From an uncultured Actinomycetes bacterium (GTDB taxonomy: Bacteria > Actinomycetota > UBA4738 > JBBDTT01), in assembly GCA_963742735.1 (NCBI GenBank), contig CAVUMN010000004.1, forward strand, positions 1,216,001 to 1,280,000: DNA of 64,000 nucleotides. Direction: 5' to 3'. The notes under the pieces were generated by a model. It did no database searches, was not told the DNA's origin, and saw only the letters and a program-made list of their open reading frames with translations. Positions within the stretch are counted from its first letter, which is position 1, and every line of letters starts with the position of its first letter. Below, in pieces: positions 8,648 to 22,678 of this stretch. The position numbers were made by a program, and so were the translations under genes.

Positions 8648-9040
8648 ATGGCCAAGATGTCCACCGATGAGCTGCTCGACGCGTTCAAGGAGATGACGCT
8701 GATCGAGCTGTCGGAGTTCGTGAAGCAGTTCGAGGAGACGTTCGACGTCCAGGCGGCCGCCCCGGTGGCGGTCGGCGCCGCGGTGGCCGCCGGTGGCGGC
8801 GGTGGCGGCGGCGAGGAGGCCGAGGAGCAGACCGAGTTCGACGTGATCCTGACGGGCGCGGGCGACAAGAAGATCCAGGTCATCAAGGAGGTCCGTTCGC
8901 TCACCAGCCTGGGCCTCAAGGAGGCCAAGGATCTCGTGGACGGCGCCCCCAACCCGGTCCTGGAGCGGGTGCCCAAGGAGCAGGCCGACGCGGCCAAGGA
9001 GAAGCTCGAGGGCGCCGGCGCCTCCGTCGAGGTCAAGTAA
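8648..9040 (+). CDS. rplL: 50S ribosomal protein L7/L12
   Basis: [19 protein letters not shown]; [23 protein letters not shown]. Confidence 0.98.
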   Translation: MAKMSTDELLDAFKEMTLIELSEFVKQFEETFDVQAAAPVAVGAAVAAGGGGGGGEEAEEQTEFDVILTGAGDKKIQVIKEVRSLTSLGLKEAKDLVDGAPNPVLERVPKEQADAAKEKLEGAGASVEVK

Positions 9041-9048
9041 CCCGGCCG

Positions 9049-9924
9049 GTGAGCCGGTCCGTCCTGCAGGACGTTCGCGCCTTCTGGGACGCGAACCCCT
9101 GCGCGGCCAACCTGTCGGCTGATCCCGACCGCGTTCGGTACTTCACGGAGATCGCGGAGCGCCGCTACGCGTCCAAGCCCTACATCTGGCACTCGGCCCG
9201 GTTCGACGCGTTCCGGGGCCGCCGCGTCCTCGAGATCGGGTGCGGGATCGGGCTGGACGGGGCGAGCTTCGCCCGCGGGGGCGCACGCTACGTGGGCGTC
9301 GACCTCTCCTCGGAATCGCTGCGGCTGGCCCGGGAGCAGTTCGACCTGTTCGGCCTGCCGGGCGGGCTCCTCCAGACGAACGCGGAGCGGATGCCCTTCG
9401 CGGACGCGAGCGTGGACCACGTCTACAGCCACGGCGTGCTCCAGCACTCGCCGGACACCGAGGCGATCGTCGCGGAGATGCACCGGGTCCTGCGGCCGGG
9501 AGGGACGTTCCACGTGATGGTCTACAACCGGAGCTCGATCAACTACTGGATCGAGATCATGTTCCTGCGTCGCGTGCTCCGGTGGCTGCTCCGGCCCCGC
9601 GCCATGCCCCGGTTGGTGTCCCGGGCCACCGGCCTGCCGGAGCAGAAGCTGGCCCGGCATCGGGAGATCCTGCGCTCCGGCCGCCGGATGAGCACGCAGG
9701 AGTGGCTGAGCATCAACACCGACGGGCCGGACAACCCGCTGGCGAAGGTCTACGGCCGCCGAGAGGCGGCTCGGCTGTTCCGGGCGTTCCGAGAGGTACG
9801 GACGGGGGTGCGATTCTTCGACGCCGGCCACTGGCCGTTCGTGGGCCCCGCTCTGCCCTCGCGGACGACCGATTGGCTGGGCCGGAGATGGGGTTTCCAC
9901 CGCCTGGTGCAGGGGCGGAAATAA
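9049..9924 (+). CDS. Class I SAM-dependent methyltransferase
   Basis: VLEIGCGIG, GVDLS, MPFADASVDHVYSHGVLQH, HRVLRPGG. Confidence 0.88.
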   Translation: MSRSVLQDVRAFWDANPCAANLSADPDRVRYFTEIAERRYASKPYIWHSARFDAFRGRRVLEIGCGIGLDGASFARGGARYVGVDLSSESLRLAREQFDLFGLPGGLLQTNAERMPFADASVDHVYSHGVLQHSPDTEAIVAEMHRVLRPGGTFHVMVYNRSSINYWIEIMFLRRVLRWLLRPRAMPRLVSRATGLPEQKLARHREILRSGRRMSTQEWLSINTDGPDNPLAKVYGRREAARLFRAFREVRTGVRFFDAGHWPFVGPALPSRTTDWLGRRWGFHRLVQGRK

Positions 9925-9928
9925 CTCC

Positions 9929-9957
9929 TTGCAATTCCGTGTTCAAACTCCTAGACT
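9929..9957 (+). promoter_or_regulatory. SigA-type promoter for rpoBC
   Basis: TTGCAA (9929-9934), 17 nt, TAGACT (9952-9957) in an AT-richer patch. Confidence 0.65.
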
Positions 9958-10025
9958 GTTCGTTTGCCGTGCCGTCTCCCGCGTGGGGTCCTTTCACGCG
10001 TGTCATCCGCTAGGGGGGGTCATTC

Positions 10026-13000
10026 TTGTCTGATTCCGTGGCTCTGCGCGAGCGCGTCTCCTTCTCGAAGCTCCAGGAGGTGCTGCCGCTTCCGGATCTG
10101 GTGGGGATCCAGCGTCACTCCTTCGACTGGCTGCTGAACGAGGGGCTCGCCGAGACCTTCAAGGAGATCAGTCCCATTGAAGACTTCACCGAGACCTATC
10201 AGCTGACGTTCCAGAAGCACCAGTTCAAGGACATCAGCCACTCGGTGGAGGAGTGCAAGGACAAGGACATCACCTATTCCGCTCCACTGTTCGTCGAGGC
10301 CGCCTTCATCAACAAGGAGACCGGCGAGATCAAGGAGCAGGAGGTCTTCATGGGCGACTTCCCCATGATGACCGACAACGGAACCTTCATCATCAACGGC
10401 ACCGAGCGCGTCGTGGTCAGCCAGCTGGTGCGCTCGCCGGGTGTCTACTTCGACAAGTCCCTCGACAAGACGTCGGACAAGGACGTCTACGCGGCGAAGG
10501 TCATCCCCTCCCGCGGGGCGTGGCTGGAGTTCGAGGTCGACAAGCGCGACACCGTCGGCGTCCGCATCGACCGCAAGCGCCGCCAGAACGTCACCGTGCT
10601 CCTGAAGGCGATGGGCTGGACCGCCGATGAGATCCTCGAGCTGTTCGACGGGGCGGAGTCGATCAAGGCCACCCTGGAGAAGGACCACTTCGAGACCCCC
10701 GAGGAGGCTCTCGAGGACATCTACCGCAAGCTCCGTCCGGGCGAGCCCCCCACGGCCGAGTCGGCGCGGACCCTCCTGGAGAACCTGTTCTTCAACCCCA
10801 AGCGCTACGACCTGGCCAAGGTCGGCCGCTACAAGGTCGACAAGAAGCTCGGTGACGCGCCCGAGGAGCTCAAGAAGCAGCTCCGGCGCAAGTTCGACGG
10901 GCTGAAGCGAGAGCGGGCCGAGCTCGAGACGCGGCTGGCCGAGCTCATGAAGGAGGTGCCCTCCGAGGAGGAGCCCCCCACCCGCGAGATCGAACAGCTC
11001 CAGAACCAGCTCCGCCAGAAGGCGGCCCACATGGCCCGCATGTTCGCCCACCCCCTGCCCCAGGAGGGCGGCGACAAGGCCGGCACCCGGACGATCCTCA
11101 CCTACGAGGACATCCTGAAGTCGGTCTACTACCTGGTGAAGCTCCACGCCGGCGAGGCGAACTTCGAGACCGACGACATCGACCACTTCGGCAACCGCCG
11201 TCTTCGGTCGGTGGGCGAGCTCATCCAGAACCAGGTGCGCATCGGCCTGTCGCGGATGGAGCGGGTGGTGCGTGAGCGCATGACCACCCAGGACGTCGAG
11301 GCGATCACGCCGCAGACCCTGATCAACATCCGTCCGGTCGTGGCCGCGATCAAGGAGTTCTTCGGGACCTCCCAGCTGTCGCAGTTCATGGACCAGACGA
11401 ACCCGCTGTGCGGGCTCACCCACAAGCGCCGGCTGTCGGCGCTGGGGCCGGGCGGACTGTCCCGCGAGCGCGCGGGGTTCGAGGTCCGCGACGTGCACCC
11501 CTCCCACTACGGCCGGATGTGCCCGATCGAGACCCCGGAGGGCCCGAACATCGGCCTGATCGGGTCGCTTTCCTGCTACGGGCGCATCAACGACTACGGG
11601 TTCATCGAGACCCCGTACCGCAAGGTCGTCAACGGGAAGGTCACGGACCAGATCGACTACCTCCCCGCCTACGAGGAGGACAAGCACGTCATCGCCCAGG
11701 CCAACGCCGCGCTCGACGCGCGGGGGAACTTCCAGGACGACCACGTGCTGGTCCGGCGCAAGGGCGGGGAGATCGACTACGTCGAGCCCAACGACATCGA
11801 CTACATGGACGTCTCGCCGAAGCAGATCGTCTCGGTGGCGGCGGCGCTCATCCCGTTCCTGGAGCACGACGACGCCAACCGGGCTCTGATGGGCGCGAAC
11901 ATGCAGCGCCAGGCGGTTCCCCTGCTTCGCTCCGACGCCCCGCTGATCGGCACCGGCGTCGAGGGCCGGGCGGCCGTCGACGCGGGCGACGTGATCATCG
12001 TGGAGAACCCCGGCACCATCGAGGAGGTCTCGGCCGAGGAGATCGTGGTCCGCGAGCGGACCGGCACCCTGACGTCCTACAAGCTGCAGAAGTTCATGCG
12101 GTCGAACCAGGGCACCTGCATCAACCAGAAGCCCGTGGTCCGGACCGGGGACAAGGTCCAGAAGGGCCAGGTCATCGCGGACGGCCCCGCCACCGACATG
12201 GGCGAGATCGCCCTGGGCAAGAACCTGCTGGTCGCGTTCATGCCCTGGGAGGGTCACAACTACGAGGACGCCATCGTCATCTCCGAGCGCCTGGCCAAGG
12301 ACGACCTGCTCACCTCGATCCACATCGAGGAGCACGAGGTGGACGCGCGCGACACCAAGCTCGGCGCGGAGGAGATCACCCGGGACATCCCCAACGTCTC
12401 CGAGGAGATCCTGAAGGACCTCGACGAGCGGGGGATCGTCCGTGTCGGCGCCGAGGTGAACCCCGGCGACTACCTGGTGGGCAAGGTCACGCCCAAGGGC
12501 GAGACCGAGCTGACCCCCGAGGAGCGGCTGCTCCGCGCGATCTTCGGTGAGAAGGCCCGGGAGGTCCGGGACACCTCGCTGAAGGTCCCCCACGGGGAGT
12601 CCGGCAAGGTCATCGGCGTGCGGGTGTTCGCCCGCGACGCCGGCGACGAGCTGCCCCCGGGCGTGAACCAGCTGGTCCGGGTGTACGTGGCCCAGAAGCG
12701 GAAGATCTCCGACGGAGACAAGCTGGCCGGCCGCCACGGCAACAAGGGCGTCATCGCCAAGGTCCTTCCCGAGGAGGACATGCCGTTCCTCGAGGACGGG
12801 ACCCCGGTCGACATCGTCCTGAACCCGCTGGGCGTGCCGTCCCGGATGAACCTGGGGCAGGTCCTCGAGACCCACCTCGGGTGGGCGGCCAAGGTCGGCT
12901 ACAAGGTGAACGGCAAGGCCCAGGAGGGTCCGCTGTGGATCGCCACTCCCGTGTTCGACGGGGCGCGTGAGGGCGAGATCTCCGAGGCCCTGGCCACCTC

Positions 13001-13556
13001 GCTTCCCAACGCCGACGGGCAGAAGCTCGTGGACGAGCACGGGAAGGCCCAGCTGCTCGACGGCCGCTCCGGCGAGCCCTTCGACGTGCCGGTCACCGTC
13101 GGCTACATCTACATCATGAAGCTGCTCCACCTGGTGGACGACAAGATCCACGCGCGGAGCACCGGCCCCTACTCGATGATCACGCAGCAGCCCCTGGGCG
13201 GAAAGGCCCAGTTCGGCGGCCAGCGGTTCGGCGAGATGGAGGTCTGGGCCCTCGAGGCGTACGGCGCGGCCTACGCCCTGCAGGAGCTGCTGACGATCAA
13301 GTCCGACGACGTGCTTGGTCGCGTGAAGGTCTACGAGGCCATCGTCAAGGGCGAGAACATCCCCGAGCCGGGCATCCCCGAGAGCTTCAAGGTGCTCATC
13401 AAGGAGATGCAGTCCCTGTGCCTGAACGTCGAGGTCCTCTCGGCCGAGGGCAAGGAGATCGAGATGCGCGAGACCGACGAAGACGTGTTCCGCGCCGCCG
13501 AGGAGCTGGGCATCGACCTGAGCAGGCGCGAGCCCGCCGGAGCCGAGTTCGACTGA
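10026..13556 (+). CDS. rpoB: DNA-directed RNA polymerase subunit beta (TTG start)
   Basis: [14 protein letters not shown], rifampicin cluster [42 protein letters not shown]. Confidence 0.99.
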   Translation: MSDSVALRERVSFSKLQEVLPLPDLVGIQRHSFDWLLNEGLAETFKEISPIEDFTETYQLTFQKHQFKDISHSVEECKDKDITYSAPLFVEAAFINKETGEIKEQEVFMGDFPMMTDNGTFIINGTERVVVSQLVRSPGVYFDKSLDKTSDKDVYAAKVIPSRGAWLEFEVDKRDTVGVRIDRKRRQNVTVLLKAMGWTADEILELFDGAESIKATLEKDHFETPEEALEDIYRKLRPGEPPTAESARTLLENLFFNPKRYDLAKVGRYKVDKKLGDAPEELKKQLRRKFDGLKRERAELETRLAELMKEVPSEEEPPTREIEQLQNQLRQKAAHMARMFAHPLPQEGGDKAGTRTILTYEDILKSVYYLVKLHAGEANFETDDIDHFGNRRLRSVGELIQNQVRIGLSRMERVVRERMTTQDVEAITPQTLINIRPVVAAIKEFFGTSQLSQFMDQTNPLCGLTHKRRLSALGPGGLSRERAGFEVRDVHPSHYGRMCPIETPEGPNIGLIGSLSCYGRINDYGFIETPYRKVVNGKVTDQIDYLPAYEEDKHVIAQANAALDARGNFQDDHVLVRRKGGEIDYVEPNDIDYMDVSPKQIVSVAAALIPFLEHDDANRALMGANMQRQAVPLLRSDAPLIGTGVEGRAAVDAGDVIIVENPGTIEEVSAEEIVVRERTGTLTSYKLQKFMRSNQGTCINQKPVVRTGDKVQKGQVIADGPATDMGEIALGKNLLVAFMPWEGHNYEDAIVISERLAKDDLLTSIHIEEHEVDARDTKLGAEEITRDIPNVSEEILKDLDERGIVRVGAEVNPGDYLVGKVTPKGETELTPEERLLRAIFGEKAREVRDTSLKVPHGESGKVIGVRVFARDAGDELPPGVNQLVRVYVAQKRKISDGDKLAGRHGNKGVIAKVLPEEDMPFLEDGTPVDIVLNPLGVPSRMNLGQVLETHLGWAAKVGYKVNGKAQEGPLWIATPVFDGAREGEISEALATSLPNADGQKLVDEHGKAQLLDGRSGEPFDVPVTVGYIYIMKLLHLVDDKIHARSTGPYSMITQQPLGGKAQFGGQRFGEMEVWALEAYGAAYALQELLTIKSDDVLGRVKVYEAIVKGENIPEPGIPESFKVLIKEMQSLCLNVEVLSAEGKEIEMRETDEDVFRAAEELGIDLSRREPAGAEFD

Positions 13557-13609
13557 GCACGAGCACAACTGAAGAGCGACAGCGAGTGAGTGAGGGAGGC
13601 GGAGCCTAA

Positions 13610-17536
<3,927 letters not shown>

Positions 17537-17557
17537 GGAAGCCGGATCGAGCAAGAC

Positions 17558-17586
17558 CGGGCGGGGAGCGTGCTCCCCGCCCGTTT
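17558..17586 (+). terminator. Intrinsic terminator after rpoC
   Basis: CGGGCGGGGAGC-GT-GCTCCCCGCCCG followed by TTT. Confidence 0.75.
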
Positions 17587-17622
17587 GCTGCCCGGCCTCA
17601 TACGGTTACAAACGAGGCATCG

Positions 17623-17651
17623 TTGACTGCGGCGGCGGGCGAGCGTACTTT
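17623..17651 (+). promoter_or_regulatory. SigA-type promoter for the first Ca-binding-repeat gene
   Basis: TTGACT, 17 nt, TACTTT. Confidence 0.6.
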
Positions 17652-17691
17652 GACCATCCTGCCCATCGGGGCCCTCGGAAAGGCTTTGTCA

Positions 17692-19305
17692 ATGCGCGTT
17701 CGGAGTCTGGCCGTCCTGTCGATCGTCGCGGTCTTCGCCACCATGCTCATGGCGTCGCCCGCGGCCGCCGCCGTCGTTCTGTACGACCAGACGGACAACG
17801 CGACGGGCGCGGGCATCCCCGTCCAGAACTTCGAGGCGTCGCTCGACTCGTTCGATTCTGAGGCCGCCGACGACTTCGTGATCCCGGGAGGCCAGACGTG
17901 GTCGATCACACAGGTCGACACGCCGGGCTTTTACACCGGCGGCCCCGCCGCGTCGCTGAACGTCCGGTTCTACGACACCTCCGGGACGCTGCCGGGGACG
18001 ATGGTGTACGAGGCGTTGGGCCTGGCAACCGTGGACACGGCCGGCGACTTCGCCACCCCGCTCACTTCCCCGGCGGTGCTCGGAGCCGGGACGTATTGGG
18101 TCTCCGTCCAGCCGAATCAGGACCTCGGGCAGTGGTTCTGGGACGCGCGCTCGGTCCAGTCGAACAACCCGTCGGCGTGGCGGAACCCGGGAGACGGGTT
18201 CGGCACAGGGTGCACCGCCTTCACGGCCACCATGACCTGCTGGGGCTCCCCGGACTTCCTGTTCAAGCTGACCGGCGACATCGTCGGCGCCGCCCCGAGC
18301 AACGACGACTTCGACGACCGGATCAGCCTCTCGGGGGTGGCAGGTCAGATCGACGGCACCAACGTCGGAGCCACGGAGGAGCCCGGCGAGCCGAACAATC
18401 CATCCGTGGCAGCTCCCATGGAGTCCGTCTGGTACGACTGGACGACCCCGGTCAACGGCCCCGCGTCTCTGAACACGTGCGTGAACGACTACGACACGAC
18501 GGTGGCGGTGTACACGGGAAGCTCGATCGGCGCGCTCACCCTGATCGACTCGAACGATGATGTGTGCGGACTTGGCTCCGAGCTGGCGTGGACGGCCGCG
18601 GCCGGGACGAGCTACAAGATCCAGGTCGACGGGAACTCCGGCCAGGAGGGCACGTTCACCCTGGCCTTCTCGCAGTGCACGATCGACGGGTCGACCGGCA
18701 ATGACAACCTCGTCGGCACCAACGGCGACGACGTGATCTGCGCCGGCCCGGGCAACGACACGATCTCGGCCCGCCGGGGCAACGACATCGTGCTCGGCGA
18801 GGACGGCAACGACCTGGCCCAGCTCGGCGGCGGCAACGACCAGTTCGACGGCGGCATCGGAAGCGACACCGTCGCCTACAACGAGGGCGCGGCCACCGGC
18901 GGCGGCTCCATCCACCTCGGCGCCCAGTCGGGCTCGGCGGGCGGCCTGGGCCTGGACACCTACACCTCGGTGGAGAACGCCTGGGGGACCGAGTTCAACG
19001 ACACCATCACGGGCTCGGCCGGTGACAACGTGATCGTCGGACGCGGCGGCAACGACACCGTGAACGCCAAGCTGGGCAACGACACGGTCGACGGCAAGGC
19101 CGGTGACGACACCCTCACCGGCTCCAGCGGCAACGACTCGATCGTGGGCGGCACGGGCGCCGACTTCCTGAACGGCAACGCCGGGGCCGACACCGTCAAC
19201 GGGATGGACGGCGTGGGCGGCAACGACACCGTCATGGGCGGGTCCGACTCCGACGTCGACACCTGCTCGTTCGACGTTGGAGACACCGTCAGCGAGTGTC
19301 CGTAG
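17692..19305 (+). CDS. Secreted protein: signal peptide, beta-rich domain, NDxF beta-sandwich domain, hemolysin-type (RTX-like) Ca-binding repeats
   Basis: MRVRSLAVLSIVAVFATMLMASPAAA signal; PSNDDFDDR...WYDWT; many G(N/D)D nonapeptides; ends DTCSFDVGDTVSECP. Confidence 0.8.
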   Translation: MRVRSLAVLSIVAVFATMLMASPAAAAVVLYDQTDNATGAGIPVQNFEASLDSFDSEAADDFVIPGGQTWSITQVDTPGFYTGGPAASLNVRFYDTSGTLPGTMVYEALGLATVDTAGDFATPLTSPAVLGAGTYWVSVQPNQDLGQWFWDARSVQSNNPSAWRNPGDGFGTGCTAFTATMTCWGSPDFLFKLTGDIVGAAPSNDDFDDRISLSGVAGQIDGTNVGATEEPGEPNNPSVAAPMESVWYDWTTPVNGPASLNTCVNDYDTTVAVYTGSSIGALTLIDSNDDVCGLGSELAWTAAAGTSYKIQVDGNSGQEGTFTLAFSQCTIDGSTGNDNLVGTNGDDVICAGPGNDTISARRGNDIVLGEDGNDLAQLGGGNDQFDGGIGSDTVAYNEGAATGGGSIHLGAQSGSAGGLGLDTYTSVENAWGTEFNDTITGSAGDNVIVGRGGNDTVNAKLGNDTVDGKAGDDTLTGSSGNDSIVGGTGADFLNGNAGADTVNGMDGVGGNDTVMGGSDSDVDTCSFDVGDTVSECP

Positions 19306-19352
19306 CGCGGAGCTGAACCATCGAACGGGCGGGGCTTCGGCCCCGCCCGTTT
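18670..19352 (+). repeat. 683-bp direct repeat, copy 1 (3' part of gene plus terminator)
   Basis: Matches 19949-20631 (offset 1279) with about 4 mismatches by eye, all in the first ~140 bp. Confidence 0.92.
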
Positions 19353-19353
19353 T
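19324..19353 (+). terminator. Intrinsic terminator
   Basis: AACGGGCGGGGC-TTCG-GCCCCGCCCGTT-TT. Confidence 0.8.
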
Positions 19354-19379
19354 GTTGTGTAGGTCACAAGGCGGCCCTA

Positions 19380-19408
19380 TTGACCCGTTGCGGCCGCGTG
19401 CTTACGCT
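19380..19408 (+). promoter_or_regulatory. SigA-type promoter for the second Ca-binding-repeat gene
   Basis: TTGACC, 17 nt, TACGCT. Confidence 0.6.
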
Positions 19409-19471
19409 GTTGCGCACATCACCCACGAGCGGCCCCAGCGCCCCATGGTCGCCTGAGAGAGGAGTTTGCGC

Positions 19472-20584
19472 ATGAGCGCTCGTATTCTTCGGGCAGCCCT
19501 GGCGGTGGCACTGGTGGCCACGTTCCTGGTCGCCGGCGCCACGGCCGCCCTGGCCGCGCCCCCGGCCAACGACAACTTCGCCGACCGGATCTCGCTGACG
19601 GGGGTGGCGGGTCAGGTCAACGGCACCAACGTCGACTCCACCGGCGAGACGAACGAACCGGATCCCGTCTCCTTCGCGGACACGACCGTGTGGTACGACT
19701 GGACCACCCCGGTCAACGGTCCCGCCACCCTCAACACGTGCGCCTCGGACTTCGACACGACGATCAGCGTGTTCACCGGCGACACGCTCGAGTCGCTCGT
19801 GTTCGTCGCCGGCAATGACGATGACCCCGACTGCACGAGCACGAATTTCCTCGGCAGCCAGGTCGACTGGACGGCGACGGGCGGCACGAACTACAAGATC
19901 CAGGTGGACGGGCTCAATGCTGAGACGGGAACGTTCACCCTGGCCTGGTCGCAGTGCACGATCGACGGGTCGAGCGGCAACGACAACCTCGTCGGCACCA
20001 ACGGCGACGACGTGATCTGCGCCGGCCCGGGCAACGACACGATCTCGGCCCGCCGGGGCAACGACATCGTGCTCGGCGAGGACGGGGACGACCTGGCCCA
20101 GCTCGGCGGCGGCAACGACCAGTTCGACGGCGGCATCGGAAGCGACACCGTCGCCTACAACGAGGGCGCGGCCACCGGCGGCGGCTCCATCCACCTCGGC
20201 GCCCAGTCGGGCTCGGCGGGCGGCCTGGGCCTGGACACCTACACCTCGGTGGAGAACGCCTGGGGGACCGAGTTCAACGACACCATCACGGGCTCGGCCG
20301 GTGACAACGTGATCGTCGGACGCGGCGGCAACGACACCGTGAACGCCAAGCTGGGCAACGACACGGTCGACGGCAAGGCCGGTGACGACACCCTCACCGG
20401 CTCCAGCGGCAACGACTCGATCGTGGGCGGCACGGGCGCCGACTTCCTGAACGGCAACGCCGGGGCCGACACCGTCAACGGGATGGACGGCGTGGGCGGC
20501 AACGACACCGTCATGGGCGGGTCCGACTCCGACGTCGACACCTGCTCGTTCGACGTTGGAGACACCGTCAGCGAGTGTCCGTAG
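19472..20584 (+). CDS. Secreted paralog: signal peptide, NDxF beta-sandwich domain, RTX-like Ca-binding repeats
   Basis: MSARILRAALAVALVATFLVAGATAALA signal; PANDNFADR; C-terminal ~210 aa nearly identical to the upstream paralog; SD GGAG 7 nt before ATG. Confidence 0.82.
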   Translation: MSARILRAALAVALVATFLVAGATAALAAPPANDNFADRISLTGVAGQVNGTNVDSTGETNEPDPVSFADTTVWYDWTTPVNGPATLNTCASDFDTTISVFTGDTLESLVFVAGNDDDPDCTSTNFLGSQVDWTATGGTNYKIQVDGLNAETGTFTLAWSQCTIDGSSGNDNLVGTNGDDVICAGPGNDTISARRGNDIVLGEDGDDLAQLGGGNDQFDGGIGSDTVAYNEGAATGGGSIHLGAQSGSAGGLGLDTYTSVENAWGTEFNDTITGSAGDNVIVGRGGNDTVNAKLGNDTVDGKAGDDTLTGSSGNDSIVGGTGADFLNGNAGADTVNGMDGVGGNDTVMGGSDSDVDTCSFDVGDTVSECP

Positions 20585-20631
20585 CGCGGAGCTGAACCAT
20601 CGAACGGGCGGGGCTTCGGCCCCGCCCGTTT
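19949..20631 (+). repeat. 683-bp direct repeat, copy 2
   Basis: Matches 18670-19352. Confidence 0.92.
20603..20631 (+). terminator. Intrinsic terminator (duplicated copy)
   Basis: AACGGGCGGGGC-TTCG-GCCCCGCCCGTT-T. Confidence 0.7.
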
Positions 20632-20685
20632 CATGTTGCTGGTCCCTGGCCCCGACGGCGGTCCTGAGCCCCTAGGCTGTCCGGC

Positions 20686-21882
20686 ATGGGTGAGCTGGTC
20701 CCGCCGGCCGCGTCCCGGCGGCTGCAAGGCGTCGAGGGACTGCGCGGCGTCGCCGCAGCCAGCGTGGTCGTGTACCACGTGTGGAGCCACTCGACGCCTC
20801 CCCCGAACCTCGGGGGGGTCGGGCCCCACGTGCTTGGGAACCTCGCCCACGGCGTCGTGCTGTTCTTCGCCCTCTCGGGGTTCCTGCTCTACCGCCCGTT
20901 CGCGGCCGCGGTGCTTCGGGGCGAGGAGCGGCCGGGCTTCGCGGCCTACGCGCGCAACCGCGCCCTTCGGATCCTGCCCGCCTACTGGGTGATCCTGGTC
21001 CTGGTCGGGCTGGTGCTGCAGACCGCGGTGCTCGACACCACGCCGGTCCTGCGCGAGGGCGCCCTGACGGACCCCGTGCTCCTGCTGAAGGACGCCCTGC
21101 TGATCCAGAACTACGGCGGCGACTCGTTGAGCACGGGGATCGGGCCGGCCTGGTCGCTGGCGGTGGAGGTCGTGTTCTACGTCCTGCTGCCGGTCCTGGT
21201 GCTGTGGGGCGCCGCGATGGCCCGCCGGGCCCGGACCCGCGCGAGGCGGCACCTGGCCCTGCTGGCGCCTCCCGCGCTGCTCGGCGTCGCGGGGCTGGCG
21301 GGCTCGATCGCCGGCGGCGTCGTCGGAGGGATCCTCGACGTGTCCTTCCTGGCCTACGCCCACCTGTTCACCGCCGGGATGCTGCTCGCCGTCTGGCACG
21401 TGGAGTTCGAGGACGGCCGGGTCCGCCTGCCCGGGTGGTGGAGGGCCGGCGCCATCGCCGCCATGGCGATCCTCGCCGTCACCGGGGTGGCCATCGGGGC
21501 GAACCCGCGCCTCCCCGAACGGATCGAGACGCTCTTCTTCTCCCTCGTCTCGGGGCTGCTGCTCGCCCTGGTGGTCTTCGTCCCGAGGGACCGGCCCCCG
21601 CGGCTGATCCGCGTCCTCGAGACGCGACCCTTCGTGGCCGCGGGCCTGATCTCCTACAGCGTGTACCTGTGGCACCGGCCGCTCATCTCGTTCCTGGCCC
21701 GGCACGGCGTGGCGGCAGGCGGCGGCGGTCTGGCACTGCTCGCCAACCTCGCCCTGGTCGCCTCGGCGACGGCGGCGCTCTCGTGGCTGACCTATCGCCT
21801 CGTGGAGAAGCCGTCGCTGCGATGGAAGGCGCCGAGCGACGCGGCGGCCCGGCGCGAGATGGGACTGACGCCGGCGCCCTGA
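20686..21882 (+). CDS. Acyltransferase 3 (OafA/AT3) membrane O-acyltransferase; possibly leaderless
   Basis: EGLRGVAA..VVVYH, FFALSGFLL, RALRILPAYW, WSLAVEVVFY, ISYSVYLWH; TAGGCT lies 7 nt before the ATG. Confidence 0.9.
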   Translation: MGELVPPAASRRLQGVEGLRGVAAASVVVYHVWSHSTPPPNLGGVGPHVLGNLAHGVVLFFALSGFLLYRPFAAAVLRGEERPGFAAYARNRALRILPAYWVILVLVGLVLQTAVLDTTPVLREGALTDPVLLLKDALLIQNYGGDSLSTGIGPAWSLAVEVVFYVLLPVLVLWGAAMARRARTRARRHLALLAPPALLGVAGLAGSIAGGVVGGILDVSFLAYAHLFTAGMLLAVWHVEFEDGRVRLPGWWRAGAIAAMAILAVTGVAIGANPRLPERIETLFFSLVSGLLLALVVFVPRDRPPRLIRVLETRPFVAAGLISYSVYLWHRPLISFLARHGVAAGGGGLALLANLALVASATAALSWLTYRLVEKPSLRWKAPSDAAARREMGLTPAP

Positions 21883-21893
21883 CCCCGAAGGCG

Positions 21894-22673
21894 TCAGGCC
21901 GGGGCGGCGGCCGCCAGCCGGAGGAGCTCCGCGTGCACGGCCGGGTTCCCCGCCAGGATGTCGCCGGTGGCGACGTGCGAGCCCCCTCCGGCCCAGTCCG
22001 AGGTCAACCCGCCGGCCTCCTCGATGAGCAGCACGCCGGCGGCCACGTCCCACGTGGACAGGCCGAGCTCGAAGAACCCGTCGAACACTCCCGCCGCGGT
22101 CCAGGCCAGGTCCAGGGCCGCCGCGCCGGGACGGCGAAGGTCCTCGAACGTACGGAGGGCGACCTCGAACGCGTGCAGGTACCGGGGCAGGAGCCGGTCC
22201 TTCTGCCGGAAGGGGAACCCGGTCGCCACCACCGCCTCCCCGGGCGAACGCCCCGAGACGCGCAGGGGCTCGCCGTCTCGGGTCGCGCCGTGGTCTCGGA
22301 CCCCGACGTAGGTCTCCCCGAGCACGGGCGCGTGGACGCAGCCGACTACGGGCCGTCCGTCCTCGAGCAGCGCCACCGAGACGGCCACCGCCCAGAAGCC
22401 GTGGACGAAGTTCGTGGTCCCGTCGAGCGGGTCCACCGCCCATGTCAGGCCGCCGGCCCGTTCGCCTCCGGCCTCCTCCGACAGGACCGCCACGCCGGGG
22501 GCCTCGGCTCGCAGGACGTCCAGCACGGCGCGCTCCGCCCGCAGGTCGGTCTCGGTCACGTAGTCGCCGGCGCCCTTGGTGCGCACGTCCGCGACGGCGG
22601 TGGAGGCCCGGATCACCTCCCCGGCGGCGCGGGCGGCGCGCTCGGCGATCGCCGCCGCCCGCCGGAGGTCCAA
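21894..22673 (-). CDS. suhB: Inositol monophosphatase family protein
   Basis: YVTETD, LSEE, VDPLDGTTNF, RRPGAAALDLAW, WDVAAG. Confidence 0.88.
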   Translation of the reverse strand: MDLRRAAAIAERAARAAGEVIRASTAVADVRTKGAGDYVTETDLRAERAVLDVLRAEAPGVAVLSEEAGGERAGGLTWAVDPLDGTTNFVHGFWAVAVSVALLEDGRPVVGCVHAPVLGETYVGVRDHGATRDGEPLRVSGRSPGEAVVATGFPFRQKDRLLPRYLHAFEVALRTFEDLRRPGAAALDLAWTAAGVFDGFFELGLSTWDVAAGVLLIEEAGGLTSDWAGGGSHVATGDILAGNPAVHAELLRLAAAAPA

Positions 22674-22678
22674 GCGGG

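Noticed and set aside
17692-20584. RTX toxin / type I secretion interpretation
   Set aside because: Both proteins have Sec signal peptides, no toxin domain was recognised and no T1SS genes are nearby
18670-20631. Direct repeat as a mobile element or att site
   Set aside because: The repeat is coding sequence plus terminator; no transposase, integrase or inverted ends
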